From Candidatus Enterousia sp. (GTDB lineage: Bacteria; Pseudomonadota; Alphaproteobacteria; Rs-D84): DNA of 64,000 bases. The translations under genes were made by a program, and so were the position numbers. The stretch lies in contig JAZROV010000016.1 in assembly GCA_045648885.1 (NCBI GenBank), forward strand, positions 3,902 through 67,901, written 5' to 3'. Shown piece by piece: positions 36,831 through 46,114 of this stretch. The notes under the pieces are model-generated. The model was not told the DNA's origin. It did not search any database and was given only the letters and a program-made list of their open reading frames with translations. Numbering within the stretch: the first letter of the stretch is position 1; each line of letters starts with the position of its first letter.

Positions 36831-37022
36831 ATGTCTAAACAATATACTATGAAAATTGTGACAATTATCGAAAATGATCCGATTTTAGGTGTTAAATACG
36901 GCGAAAAAGAAATCACTTTGTCGGACAAAGATATCAACAGAATGAACCATATCAACAGATATTTGTCTATCAAAGCACGCAATAACTATATGTTAAACAA
37001 AAACCGTACAACACAAAAATAA
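36831..37022 (+). CDS. hypothetical small protein
   Basis: 63-aa ORF with AAAGGAAAAATAAA RBS. Ends 12 nt before the miaB ATG. Confidence 0.4.
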   Translation: MSKQYTMKIVTIIENDPILGVKYGEKEITLSDKDINRMNHINRYLSIKARNNYMLNKNRTTQK

Positions 37023-37034
37023 CGATTGACGATT

Positions 37035-38336
37035 ATGCGGACGTTTTTCATTCAAACTTTTGGTTGTCAAATGAATGTATATGACGGTCAACGAATCGCC
37101 GCTATGTTAAAATCACGCGGTATGGTTGAAACCGATAATGTTGCAGATGCAGATTTAATAATATTAAACACCTGCGCCGTTCGTGAAAAGGCAACCAACA
37201 AAGTATATTCTGCATTGGGACGAATACGTCGCGCAAAGAAAGAATCTGCCCTGTTCGGCATTGTCGGTTGTGTCGCACGCGAATCGGGCGCTGACGCATT
37301 CAAACGCATTCCAGAATTAAATTTTGTCTTGGGTCCGCAAAGTTATCATAAACTGCCTGAAATCATAGACAACCCAAACACAAAATTATTAAACATAGAT
37401 TTAACAGGTCTTGAAAAATTCGACGAATTACCACGTATGACACAAACACCAACGGTTGCATATATTCCTGTCCAAGAAGGCTGTAATCATTGTTGCACAT
37501 ACTGTATTGTTCCATACACCCGCGGACGCGAAATATCACGTCCTTTTCAAGATGTGATAAATGATACAATAAACGCTTCAAAAACTGGTGCAATCGAAAT
37601 TTGTTTTTTAGGTCAAAATGTAAACGGATATAAATATTCAGACGACCAAGGAAAAACATATCGCCTGTCTGATTTAATTCGCGAAACGGCGAAACTGCCT
37701 GAAATCCAACGTATACGCTTTACATCCAGTTATCCCACAGAAATGTCTGATGATTTAATTGAGATATTTGGCATCGAACCAAAATTATTACCATTTTTAA
37801 ATATGCCAATTCAAAGTGGTTCGCCACGTATATTAAAATTGATGAATCGACCAGACGATATAAATGTGTATAAAACAATCGTGGAAAAATTAAAAAACAT
37901 TCGCCCAGACATTCAAATTTCATCTGATTTTATTGTTGGTTTTCCCGATGAAACAGATGAAGATTTCGAACAAACTTTAAATATTGCTCGTGAAATAAAA
38001 TATATAAATTCGTATTCTTTCAAATATTCGCCCCGCCCCCACACAGCGGCCGCATTGATGAAGAATCAAATCAGCGAACAAATTAAATCTGTTCGGTTGC
38101 AAAGATTGGATGCACAATTAAATGAAAATCAACGCGAATTTAATATGTCTTGCATTGGACGTGAAATGGTATGTCTTTATGAATCCGTGGATAAAACCGG
38201 TAAAAACTTGGTTTTTCGCACACCTTATATGCAACAGTGTATTGTTGAAAAACCAGACTTTGAAATATCAAATCTTCAAAAAATAAAAATAACAGACGCG
38301 AATAAATCGTGCCTGCATGGTGAAATAATAAAATAA
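37035..38336 (+). CDS. miaB: tRNA-2-methylthio-N6-dimethylallyladenosine synthase
   Basis: UPF0004 N-terminal domain (FIQTFGCQMN), radical-SAM CNHCCTYC motif, C-terminal TRAM. Confidence 0.9.
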   Translation: MRTFFIQTFGCQMNVYDGQRIAAMLKSRGMVETDNVADADLIILNTCAVREKATNKVYSALGRIRRAKKESALFGIVGCVARESGADAFKRIPELNFVLGPQSYHKLPEIIDNPNTKLLNIDLTGLEKFDELPRMTQTPTVAYIPVQEGCNHCCTYCIVPYTRGREISRPFQDVINDTINASKTGAIEICFLGQNVNGYKYSDDQGKTYRLSDLIRETAKLPEIQRIRFTSSYPTEMSDDLIEIFGIEPKLLPFLNMPIQSGSPRILKLMNRPDDINVYKTIVEKLKNIRPDIQISSDFIVGFPDETDEDFEQTLNIAREIKYINSYSFKYSPRPHTAAALMKNQISEQIKSVRLQRLDAQLNENQREFNMSCIGREMVCLYESVDKTGKNLVFRTPYMQQCIVEKPDFEISNLQKIKITDANKSCLHGEIIK

Positions 38337-38353
38337 AAAATTTGTTATTTTTT

Positions 38354-39895
38354 TCAGAAAGAAAATTTTACATCAAACATCGCACGATAATTCATTGCAA
38401 AATTATCTTTGAACATCCCGACACTTATTGCGACGCCTACCCTGTCTATCACCGAATCAAAACCTATACGCGCGACACCGAATAAATCACCATTTGAAAC
38501 CGCGCCGCCGTACAGACCGTATTCATATTTTATACCATCAATCGTGAAACCGTATTTGACCGCCGTCCCAGCACGTAAATTCAATGTCAAATCATTATCA
38601 TTCAATATATTATAATTGTGTATATTCCACCCAACAAACGGTGTTAAATAAATATTTTCAGAAATTACATAATTATAAAACCCGTCCATTCCGCCGTACA
38701 GAGAATATCCAAATGGATTGTTTTTAACATCCCCATCAACATAAATATGATCTGCTGTAAAATCGACCAAATTAAAACCAAAATATCCTTTGACAATAAA
38801 ATTATCTATTTTGTGCATTCCGTTTACATCTGCACCATATGATATCCCACTGAAAACATTTAAATTATCTTCATAATTAAATTTATTCAAACGCAAATTA
38901 AACCGCAGTGCTGATTTTTCATTATCCACCACGTTTCCATATAAATACACACCACGATTGTTCATATATTTCGAACCAACATACACAGGAACTACCCCAC
39001 CCCCAATCCCAGTGTCCCAAAACAAAGCATCCATCATCGCGAAATTATCCAATGCGACAATCGGACGCATCAAAATATCTGCATTGAAACGATACGAAGA
39101 ATTCATAATATCGCGCAATTCATTTATATCATGCGCCCCATTCATTACCAACAACAATTTATCGTTTGGATTAGTGTTCTGAATATCTTGCAACATCGCA
39201 CCCTGGACATCATTAAAAAGCCGGTCATAATCAGTCTCTGACACAATATTCACCGTTGGATCTTGACCTGTGTAATCAATATACGGTTTATTAAAACCGT
39301 CGTTATCCAAAACTTCGACAATAATACCATAATCTGGTAAATGATTCAGATTTATCCCGGAAACGATGTCTTCTGATGCATTGATAGACAAAGTATTTAT
39401 CCCAGACCAATCAATATCAACATTCCAATCTTGCCAATTTGAAATGTCATCAACAATAATTCGCGAATTTCGAAATCTGACATGGTTCGGATTTAATGAT
39501 TGGATATCGTTCAGATTCACACCATCAGAAAAATTATTTATTGCGATTGTATAATCACTGGTTTGAATATCCAAACCGCCAAACACAACATCAGGTGTCA
39601 TAACCTGAATAACACGCGGTGCAATAATTTGACCAGACACATCCCCATAATTGTAAATTTGAATCAAAGTATTATCATCTGCGAACAACCCCGCATTTAT
39701 AGTCCCATAATTTATTATACTGGTCGAATCAATAACCGATATATTCGTCCCAGAAACAGGATTTAAAACTGCACCTGATTCAATTAAATTCTCATCCCCA
39801 GACAGTTCTGAAATCGTATTATTTCCAACCCAAACCTGGGCAAAAACATTTGCACATATACAAAAACTAAAAAACACACCCAGGAATATTTTCAT
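38354..39895 (-). CDS. autotransporter-like outer membrane protein
   Basis: Signal peptide (NVFA|Q), N/D/I-rich passenger, C-terminal ~250 aa of alternating-hydrophobicity strands ending in ...FDVKFSF (terminal Phe). Confidence 0.55.
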   Translation of the reverse strand: MKIFLGVFFSFCICANVFAQVWVGNNTISELSGDENLIESGAVLNPVSGTNISVIDSTSIINYGTINAGLFADDNTLIQIYNYGDVSGQIIAPRVIQVMTPDVVFGGLDIQTSDYTIAINNFSDGVNLNDIQSLNPNHVRFRNSRIIVDDISNWQDWNVDIDWSGINTLSINASEDIVSGINLNHLPDYGIIVEVLDNDGFNKPYIDYTGQDPTVNIVSETDYDRLFNDVQGAMLQDIQNTNPNDKLLLVMNGAHDINELRDIMNSSYRFNADILMRPIVALDNFAMMDALFWDTGIGGGVVPVYVGSKYMNNRGVYLYGNVVDNEKSALRFNLRLNKFNYEDNLNVFSGISYGADVNGMHKIDNFIVKGYFGFNLVDFTADHIYVDGDVKNNPFGYSLYGGMDGFYNYVISENIYLTPFVGWNIHNYNILNDNDLTLNLRAGTAVKYGFTIDGIKYEYGLYGGAVSNGDLFGVARIGFDSVIDRVGVAISVGMFKDNFAMNYRAMFDVKFSF

Positions 39896-39932
39896 ATCAA
39901 AATTATGCCAACATAACACGATAAAACGCAAT

Positions 39933-39958
39933 AAAAAAATCCCGTAAAACGGGATTTA
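39933..39958 (-). terminator. rho-independent terminator
   Basis: ATCCCG-TAAAA-CGGGAT, followed by T7 on the minus strand. Confidence 0.75.
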
Positions 39959-39979
39959 TAGACAAAATTTTGGAAAGAA

Positions 39980-40594
39980 TTAGAACTTATAACGAATGCC
40001 AACATCCGCACCGAAATTATGCATTCCAGATGCAACATCAACATAGTTATATCGGGCGGCTACGTCAACTGAATAGCAGCCAAAAGGCATATCCAATCCC
40101 AAAGTCACCATACCAGACAATTTTGTATGTTCTTTGCTGTGTGAATATCCTGGGAAAGATTCCTTGGTTTCAATAAACGCCATACCCAGACCTAAACCTG
40201 CGAATGGTTGAATATATTTGAAATGTCCGATATTCATATAGGTATTCGCCATCAATTCGATATTAGAATTCGAAATTTCTACATTATCAATTGATCCAAA
40301 ATCTTTCTTGTCTTTACCCTTTGTAAAGAAAGAGCCTTCGATTTCAAGACGCGCAGTTTCATACATAGACAAACCCAACGCAGCACGAACCTGATACATG
40401 TTTTGGGACACGCTTTCTTTTGAATCATTGAAACTATAATTCAAATTAGCATAGGTTGCGCCACCACGCAAAGCGACATATGGCAAAATATCCCAACCCA
40501 TAAAGTTAGTAGTTTCTTGTTTATACATTTGCCCACCCGCGAACGCTGGTGTTGCTAATAATACTGCCATTGATCCGGCAATAACTTTTTTCAT
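39980..40594 (-). CDS. small outer-membrane beta-barrel protein (OmpA-like/Omp25-type barrel)
   Basis: Signal peptide (PAFA|G), alternating beta-strand pattern, C-terminal GIRYKF. AAGGAG RBS before the ATG at 40594. Confidence 0.65.
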   Translation of the reverse strand: MKKVIAGSMAVLLATPAFAGGQMYKQETTNFMGWDILPYVALRGGATYANLNYSFNDSKESVSQNMYQVRAALGLSMYETARLEIEGSFFTKGKDKKDFGSIDNVEISNSNIELMANTYMNIGHFKYIQPFAGLGLGMAFIETKESFPGYSHSKEHTKLSGMVTLGLDMPFGCYSVDVAARYNYVDVASGMHNFGADVGIRYKF

Positions 40595-40727
40595 AAGTTT
40601 TCTCCTTTTGTTGCTGATTAATCTCAACAATCACATTCTATCAAACAATATATGATATTTATACAGGCATGTATTCTTATAGGAAAAAAGTCTTATATAC
40701 GGCTATTTCTGCCGTATAACGCGTTTT

Positions 40728-41402
40728 TTACTTTGATAATTTTTTAATAACAAAATCTGCAAGCATTAAACCGAAAGTTCCCGTCACAGTAATAATTGAA
40801 CCAAATTCACGACCACCGTTTTTTTGTGGCGCAGCATTTTCAATAGAATATACCACCGGAAAATCTTTCAGTTTTAAATCACGAACTAATTTTCGTATCT
40901 TGGATGCCAATGGGCACACCGTCGTCTTAGATATCTTATCAATTTTAATTTTTGTTATATCTGTTTTTCGCGCCGCCCCCATACTGGATATAAACGGAAT
41001 ATTTTTATCCGTACACCATTTATAAAGCGCGATTTTAGATTGAACCGTATCTATGGCATCAATGACAAAGTCAGGCCTTACATCTATATTTGTATTGTCA
41101 TCAAAAAACATATTATATGCATCAACCAATATATCTGGATTTATATCATGTATCCGACTTTGTGCGATATCAACTTTGTTTTTTCCAATTGTGGAATCTA
41201 ATGCAAACAATTGACGATTTATATTTGATTCTTCAACAACATCAAAATCTATTAAAATTAAATGGCCAACACCACTGCGTGATAATGCTTCAATTGCAAA
41301 AGAACCAACCGCACCACAACCAACAACCATTACCGTTGATTGACGCAAATTATCAACACCTTTTTTTCCAATCAACAAAGATATACGATGTAATCTATCC
41401 AT
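40728..41402 (-). CDS. tcdA: tRNA threonylcarbamoyladenosine dehydratase (ThiF/MoeB-family)
   Basis: VVGCGAVGS nucleotide-binding loop, DFDVVEESNINRQ, 224 aa. Confidence 0.75.
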   Translation of the reverse strand: MDRLHRISLLIGKKGVDNLRQSTVMVVGCGAVGSFAIEALSRSGVGHLILIDFDVVEESNINRQLFALDSTIGKNKVDIAQSRIHDINPDILVDAYNMFFDDNTNIDVRPDFVIDAIDTVQSKIALYKWCTDKNIPFISSMGAARKTDITKIKIDKISKTTVCPLASKIRKLVRDLKLKDFPVVYSIENAAPQKNGGREFGSIITVTGTFGLMLADFVIKKLSK

Positions 41403-42087
41403 TTTTTAAAATCTTCTTGGTATTATTATATATAATATTTTGTGCATTGGTATCGTTTTTTATTATCGACATTTTATTTACAACATCGATTAAATTTACA
41501 TCTTTGTCACCATCTGATTCAACCAAAATTTTATCAATCGGAATTTGCGTTATACGGCGGTTTCTGTCGTATAACGCATTTTTACCAAATGAAAAATATA
41601 TATTATCTTTATAATTTTTTAACAAATTATTCAATATATTTTCACTGCCATTAAACGCATGAAAAACTATATCTGGCAATTCTGATTTTTTATATTGTTT
41701 TAATACATATAAAATTTTATCCCATGCACCAACACAATGTATAAACACCGTTCTTTGCAGACGAATCGCCAAATCAAATTGATTTGTAAAAATTTCAATT
41801 TGTTTTTCCATATTCGGTTTATATTTATCCAAACCAATTTCACCCACCATAAAATTTCGATTCGTTTCTAAAAATTCTTTCAATCGTACATCATACCCAT
41901 CAATCACAGAATCAACAAACCAAGGATGAACCCCAAACGCACCATAGATACAACCATCACCATTTATTAAATCAATTAAATTTTGCCATTGAGATTCATT
42001 GGTTGTACAAACAACAGTCCCGACAACATCGTGTTGTATTTTATGTGTTAAATAATCAATATGACTGTGCGAATCAATAATCTTCAT
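41395..42087 (-). CDS. tatD: TatD-family metal-dependent DNase/hydrolase
   Basis: MKIIDSHSHID start, with later H/D/E metal-ligand blocks (FIHCVGAW, VFHAFNGS, LVESDGD). The ORF-track N-terminal extension is a translated tRNA. Confidence 0.8.
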   Translation of the reverse strand: MKIIDSHSHIDYLTHKIQHDVVGTVVCTTNESQWQNLIDLINGDGCIYGAFGVHPWFVDSVIDGYDVRLKEFLETNRNFMVGEIGLDKYKPNMEKQIEIFTNQFDLAIRLQRTVFIHCVGAWDKILYVLKQYKKSELPDIVFHAFNGSENILNNLLKNYKDNIYFSFGKNALYDRNRRITQIPIDKILVESDGDKDVNLIDVVNKMSIIKNDTNAQNIIYNNTKKILKNG

Positions 42088-42098
42088 AAGAAAAATCG

Positions 42099-42174
42099 TG
42101 GTGGACGCACAGGGACTCGAACCCTGGACCCACTGATTAAGAGTCAGTTGCTCTACCAACTGAGCTATGCATCC
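42099..42174 (-). tRNA. tRNA-Lys (CTT), CCA encoded
   Basis: Hand-parsed: acceptor GGATGCA/TGCGTCC (one G-U), D arm GCTC/GAGC, anticodon arm ACTGA-CTCTTAA-TCAGT, T arm CAGGG-TTCGAGT-CCCTG, A73, CCA. Confidence 0.9.
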
Positions 42175-42338
42175 AGAACCTTTAAACTTTGGCAATTATA
42201 GAATATTTTATGTAAAAAGCAAGTCTTTTGCCCAATTTGCAGATTTTACATTACATCCTAGGCATTCAAACCTGACGATATTTTAAATACTTTCATATAC
42301 AATATTTACGAACCATAAACAAACCAAAGGAGACATAA

Positions 42339-42899
42339 ATGAAAACTAAAACTTTCGCGGTTTTAACATCGCTTTGCACACTAACGTTATTGACCAGTGC
42401 ATGTACGACCTGCCCCATGAAACCGCACGACGGCTATGGCCACCAAGAAGAACACCATAACCAACATAAAAAACATGATAAAAAAATGCATGGGAACGCC
42501 CCTGTCGTTTTCCAACAAAATTACGATTCATCTGACATAACAAAAGTCAAAGCAAACATGTCCACACGTGCTTCTGGCGGTGGAACAGCAGAAATGGGAA
42601 CAATCTGGTTCAAAGAAACACCAGACGGATTAAAAATGATTGTTGATTTGGTATATTTACGTCCAAACAAGACATACACAGCCGAAATCTATCAATGTGG
42701 CGCATGCAACGATAATACATGCTGTGCAGTGGAAGCAATGTCTGTAGATTTACCTCAATTAAAAGTAAGCAACAAAGACGAAAATCTGAAACAATCTTAC
42801 ATAGTCCGCGGTTTAACAGCAACCCAATTAAACAATGCTAAAATAATATTAACACGTGACGGCGGATACAAAGCTGCCTGGGGCACATTAAAACAATAA
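42339..42899 (+). CDS. His-rich lipoprotein, function unknown
   Basis: Lipobox LTSAC, then HDGYGHQEEHHNQHKKHDKKMH, then a ~110-aa beta-rich domain with a CGAC...CC cluster. Confidence 0.6.
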   Translation: MKTKTFAVLTSLCTLTLLTSACTTCPMKPHDGYGHQEEHHNQHKKHDKKMHGNAPVVFQQNYDSSDITKVKANMSTRASGGGTAEMGTIWFKETPDGLKMIVDLVYLRPNKTYTAEIYQCGACNDNTCCAVEAMSVDLPQLKVSNKDENLKQSYIVRGLTATQLNNAKIILTRDGGYKAAWGTLKQ

Positions 42900-42922
42900 A
42901 AATATTATTTATAAAACGAATC

Positions 42923-42950
42923 GGGGGTGCAGCACGCGCCCCCTTTTTTT
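42923..42950. terminator. bidirectional rho-independent terminator
   Basis: GGGGGTGC-AGCA-CGCGCCCCC (one mismatch) followed by T8. Confidence 0.75.
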
Positions 42951-42956
42951 TAACAA

Positions 42957-44465
42957 TTATTTCTTCAAATATGTTATCGGATTATAGGCTTTGGTGCCTT
43001 TGCGAATTTCAAAATGCAATTGCGGTGTATCAACCTTTCCTGTTTTTCCAATTTTGCCAATTTGTTGCCCCACCACTACTTTGGTTCCGCGACGCACCGA
43101 CATAGAATCCAGATGCGCATAAACCGTCATCCACCCATCACTGTGTTGTATAATTACCAGATTTCCCATTCCTTTGACTTCATTTCCTGCATATGCAACA
43201 ACACCGTTTTCAGCCGCTTTGACCGCCGTTCCCAGGTTTGCAGAAATATTAATACCATCATTAAACAAACCACCTTTCTTGGCACCGTATTGAGACAAAA
43301 TTTTCCCACGCACAGGCCACGAAAATTTACTGGCTGAACGCGCTGCAATTTTTAGCGATTGTTTTTGCACCCCAGATGAAGTTTTGGTCGATTGTGCATT
43401 TTGTTTTGATTTTGCACCAGGCATTGGTACGGCCTGTGATTTTTTCTCTGATTTTTTTTGCGCGTTTTTCTGATCTGTCTTTTTGTTGGTTACAGCATCT
43501 TTTTTCTCTGGCGCTTTCTTTGGCTCAACCTTTTTCACTGACGCATCTGATTTAATTTGTTTTATTTCTGAATTTGATTTGGTTTCCACAGTGTCTAATT
43601 TCGGAACCTTTAATTTTTGCCCCACAGACAACGTAAACGGGCTCGAAATTTTATTCATGACCGCCAAATCATTCACAGGTATTTCATATTTACGCGACAA
43701 AGAATAAAGTGTATCACCAGGCGCAACAGCAATCTCTTGAACGGCAACGCGTTTAGTGTTGTTTGGTTTTACTTCGACCGGCTGGACAGATTTTGCATGT
43801 TCAATTGGTTTAACAATTGGTTGCGATGGCGTTTCTTTGATCTTTGTTATTTCTTTCGGTTCTTCGGGCGCTTTATTTGTATCGGGTTTTAATTTTAATT
43901 TTTGCCCAACGCGTAATGTGTATGGTTCAGTCAAAGAATTTATTCTGGCCAATTCTGAGACAGTTGTATTATTCCCACGCGCGATTGAATAAAGCGTATC
44001 ACCACGTGCCACCACTATAACATCAGCATCTATTTTTTCGACTTCTTTCATTGGTGCTGGCTGAACATATTTCGGCACAGATAAATAATCTTCAATTTCC
44101 GGTTCGGCCGGTGTAACGATTTTCACCTCTTCTGATTTTTTTGGGGTCGCTTCAACAATCTTTGGCTCTGGTTTTTCATCATTTGGTGTTAAAACATAAT
44201 CATCAACACTGGCGTACAAAACATAATCATCGATATTTCCAGAACCATATAATTCAGGCGATGCATAAACCCCATAATCTGTCACCGCAGAATTATAAAT
44301 TTCAGGTTCTTTTTCTGGGTCGGCCAACAACGCTGGATAACGCGTCGATATAAAATCACCAATACTGTCTGGAATAGATGCAATTTTCGGCTGTAAATCA
44401 CAGCCCCATAACGCGACCGCGCCGCATAAAGATATGCCAAGAAAACAAATTCTATTCAAATTCAT
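42957..44465 (-). CDS. nlpD: LysM-domain / degenerate M23 (LytM) lipoprotein, NlpD-like
   Basis: Lipobox LWGC, two LysM repeats (GDTLYSIA..., GDTLYSLS...), Lys/Pro-rich linker and a C-terminal M23 fold with FNDGINI and PQLHFE in place of HxGxD and PHLHFE. Confidence 0.8.
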   Translation of the reverse strand: MNLNRICFLGISLCGAVALWGCDLQPKIASIPDSIGDFISTRYPALLADPEKEPEIYNSAVTDYGVYASPELYGSGNIDDYVLYASVDDYVLTPNDEKPEPKIVEATPKKSEEVKIVTPAEPEIEDYLSVPKYVQPAPMKEVEKIDADVIVVARGDTLYSIARGNNTTVSELARINSLTEPYTLRVGQKLKLKPDTNKAPEEPKEITKIKETPSQPIVKPIEHAKSVQPVEVKPNNTKRVAVQEIAVAPGDTLYSLSRKYEIPVNDLAVMNKISSPFTLSVGQKLKVPKLDTVETKSNSEIKQIKSDASVKKVEPKKAPEKKDAVTNKKTDQKNAQKKSEKKSQAVPMPGAKSKQNAQSTKTSSGVQKQSLKIAARSASKFSWPVRGKILSQYGAKKGGLFNDGINISANLGTAVKAAENGVVAYAGNEVKGMGNLVIIQHSDGWMTVYAHLDSMSVRRGTKVVVGQQIGKIGKTGKVDTPQLHFEIRKGTKAYNPITYLKK

Positions 44466-44504
44466 ACATTGAATTATATCATAAAAACACGACAAATAAA
44501 ACGA

Positions 44505-45215
44505 CTATCCATCACGCCGCATGAACAAAAGACTTATCTCGAACAGCCCCCACATAGGCGCCGCCAATAAAATCTGGGACACTATATCTGGCGGGGTTAA
44601 AACGGCAGCAATAATGAAAATCAGTACAATTACATATTTGCGACTATGCACCGCAGTCGCCCTGGATAAAACACCTGTTCTGTTTAATAAAACCAACACC
44701 AAAGGCAATTGAAAAGCAATTCCAAAAACTTTTAATAAATCGATTGCAAACGCCAAATATCCACGTACAGACGGAATTAAAACGACTGGCAAAGACCCAG
44801 ATTCATTCAAATCCAAGAAAAATTTAAATACTATTGGAAACAAAACATAAAATGCAAACGCCGCCCCAGACAAAAATAAAATCGGCGATAATAAAAATAT
44901 AGGCAACGCAAATTGTTTTTCTTTCTTGTGCAAACCCGGTGCGATATACGCCCATATTTGCCACATTAAAACCGGCACAGTTATAATCAAAGCAACCAAT
45001 GTCGCCAACGAAAATTGTATCATCAATCCGTCTGATAACCCAGTATAAAGCAACGCGGCATCATGCCACACATTTATCAGAGGTTGAACCAAAAACGATT
45101 CGACGAACGGCGCGACGACCCACCCCAAACCAAAAGCAAAAACGAATACAACCAGTGTCCATAAAATCCTGCGACGCAATTCGGAAAAATGTTGCATCAA
45201 AGTCATATTTTTCAT
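44505..45215 (-). CDS. tatC: twin-arginine translocase subunit TatC
   Basis: HF.ELRRR.L N-terminus, 6 TM, 236 aa. Confidence 0.9.
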   Translation of the reverse strand: MKNMTLMQHFSELRRRILWTLVVFVFAFGLGWVVAPFVESFLVQPLINVWHDAALLYTGLSDGLMIQFSLATLVALIITVPVLMWQIWAYIAPGLHKKEKQFALPIFLLSPILFLSGAAFAFYVLFPIVFKFFLDLNESGSLPVVLIPSVRGYLAFAIDLLKVFGIAFQLPLVLVLLNRTGVLSRATAVHSRKYVIVLIFIIAAVLTPPDIVSQILLAAPMWGLFEISLLFMRRDG

Positions 45216-45487
45216 TTTTTACGAACCGTTTTTTTTGATTTCTTAGAGATTGTTTTTTTACCGAAAATTTCATTACTGGCCCCAACGATTAAATCATCGA
45301 TTGGTTTTTCGAGTTCTATACGTTTTTGAACATCTTCAGAAAAATCAGATATTTTCCAAACAATTTCGCGAATATATTTAAACGCGCGTGCAAAGAAACG
45401 AATCACCTCAGACCAATTTTTCACAGGAACAACACAAAGTGCGACCAATAAAATTACTAAAAATTCAGTCCAACTGATTCCTAACAT
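45212..45487 (-). CDS. tatB: twin-arginine translocase subunit TatB-like
   Basis: N-terminal TM plus amphipathic helix, overlapping the tatC start. Diverged (lacks the GP hinge). Confidence 0.55.
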   Translation of the reverse strand: MLGISWTEFLVILLVALCVVPVKNWSEVIRFFARAFKYIREIVWKISDFSEDVQKRIELEKPIDDLIVGASNEIFGKKTISKKSKKTVRKK

Positions 45488-45495
45488 ATTAAACC

Positions 45496-46110
45496 TTAAT
45501 CATAAAAATCGTCACCATCATTTGTAGACACAGTCTTATGCCGCGACAATTGAAAATAATATTTTCCAAAATCTGTTTTTGGTTTTAAATCATTGAATAT
45601 AACATCTGTTTTATTAGACGTTGCATCCACCACAGACCACGATTTTAACGCGACCGGCTTTTTGTTAAACACAACCGTCATATATCCCAAACCTTCTTGG
45701 TCGCGCAGATTCATCTTCAAAGAAAATGTATCTTTGTCATCTTTGGTTTCAGACACATTTATATCTGCATTTTGCAAATCAATATGACGACGAACCAAAA
45801 TCCCCGCAGGCGTACTGGTCAACGGCACAGTAGTAATTTGATCCAACGATTTATCATAAAAATACAAATCTTTGCCGTCTGCAATCAGTTGAATCGGGGC
45901 ATTTTTGTAATCTAATCTGACACGTCCCGGACGCAGCATTGAAAACGCACCACGTTCTTTTTTGCCGTTTGCAATCTGGATGAAATCACCTTGGATACCT
46001 GTGATAGAATTTAAATATTGTTCCGCACTGTTCACCAATTTTTTATCCACAGCACCGAACCCAGAAAAACAAACAAACATTCCCAAAATACAAAAAAATA
46101 TTTTTTTCAT
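45496..46110 (-). CDS. lolA: outer-membrane lipoprotein carrier LolA
   Basis: Signal peptide. GDFIQ...G.FSMLRPGRVRLDY..P.QLIADGKDLYFYD pattern. Confidence 0.75.
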   Translation of the reverse strand: MKKIFFCILGMFVCFSGFGAVDKKLVNSAEQYLNSITGIQGDFIQIANGKKERGAFSMLRPGRVRLDYKNAPIQLIADGKDLYFYDKSLDQITTVPLTSTPAGILVRRHIDLQNADINVSETKDDKDTFSLKMNLRDQEGLGYMTVVFNKKPVALKSWSVVDATSNKTDVIFNDLKPKTDFGKYYFQLSRHKTVSTNDGDDFYD

Positions 46111-46114
46111 CTCT

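Noticed and set aside
42088-42195. N-terminal extension of the tatD ORF (MPKFKGSGCIAQLVEQLTLNQWVQGSSPCA...)
   Set aside because: The extension is a translated tRNA-Lys gene. TatD starts at the conserved MKIIDSHSH.
34710-42338. Genomic island or ICE integration at tRNA-Phe or tRNA-Lys
   Set aside because: There is no integrase, no direct repeat of the tRNA 3' end and no obvious compositional break. The flanking genes are core (gatAB, tatD, tcdA).
42339-42899. Annotating the His-rich lipoprotein as Cu,Zn superoxide dismutase (SodC)
   Set aside because: The domain is too short and none of the six His / one Asp metal ligands is present. Only a vague N-terminal strand pattern is shared.
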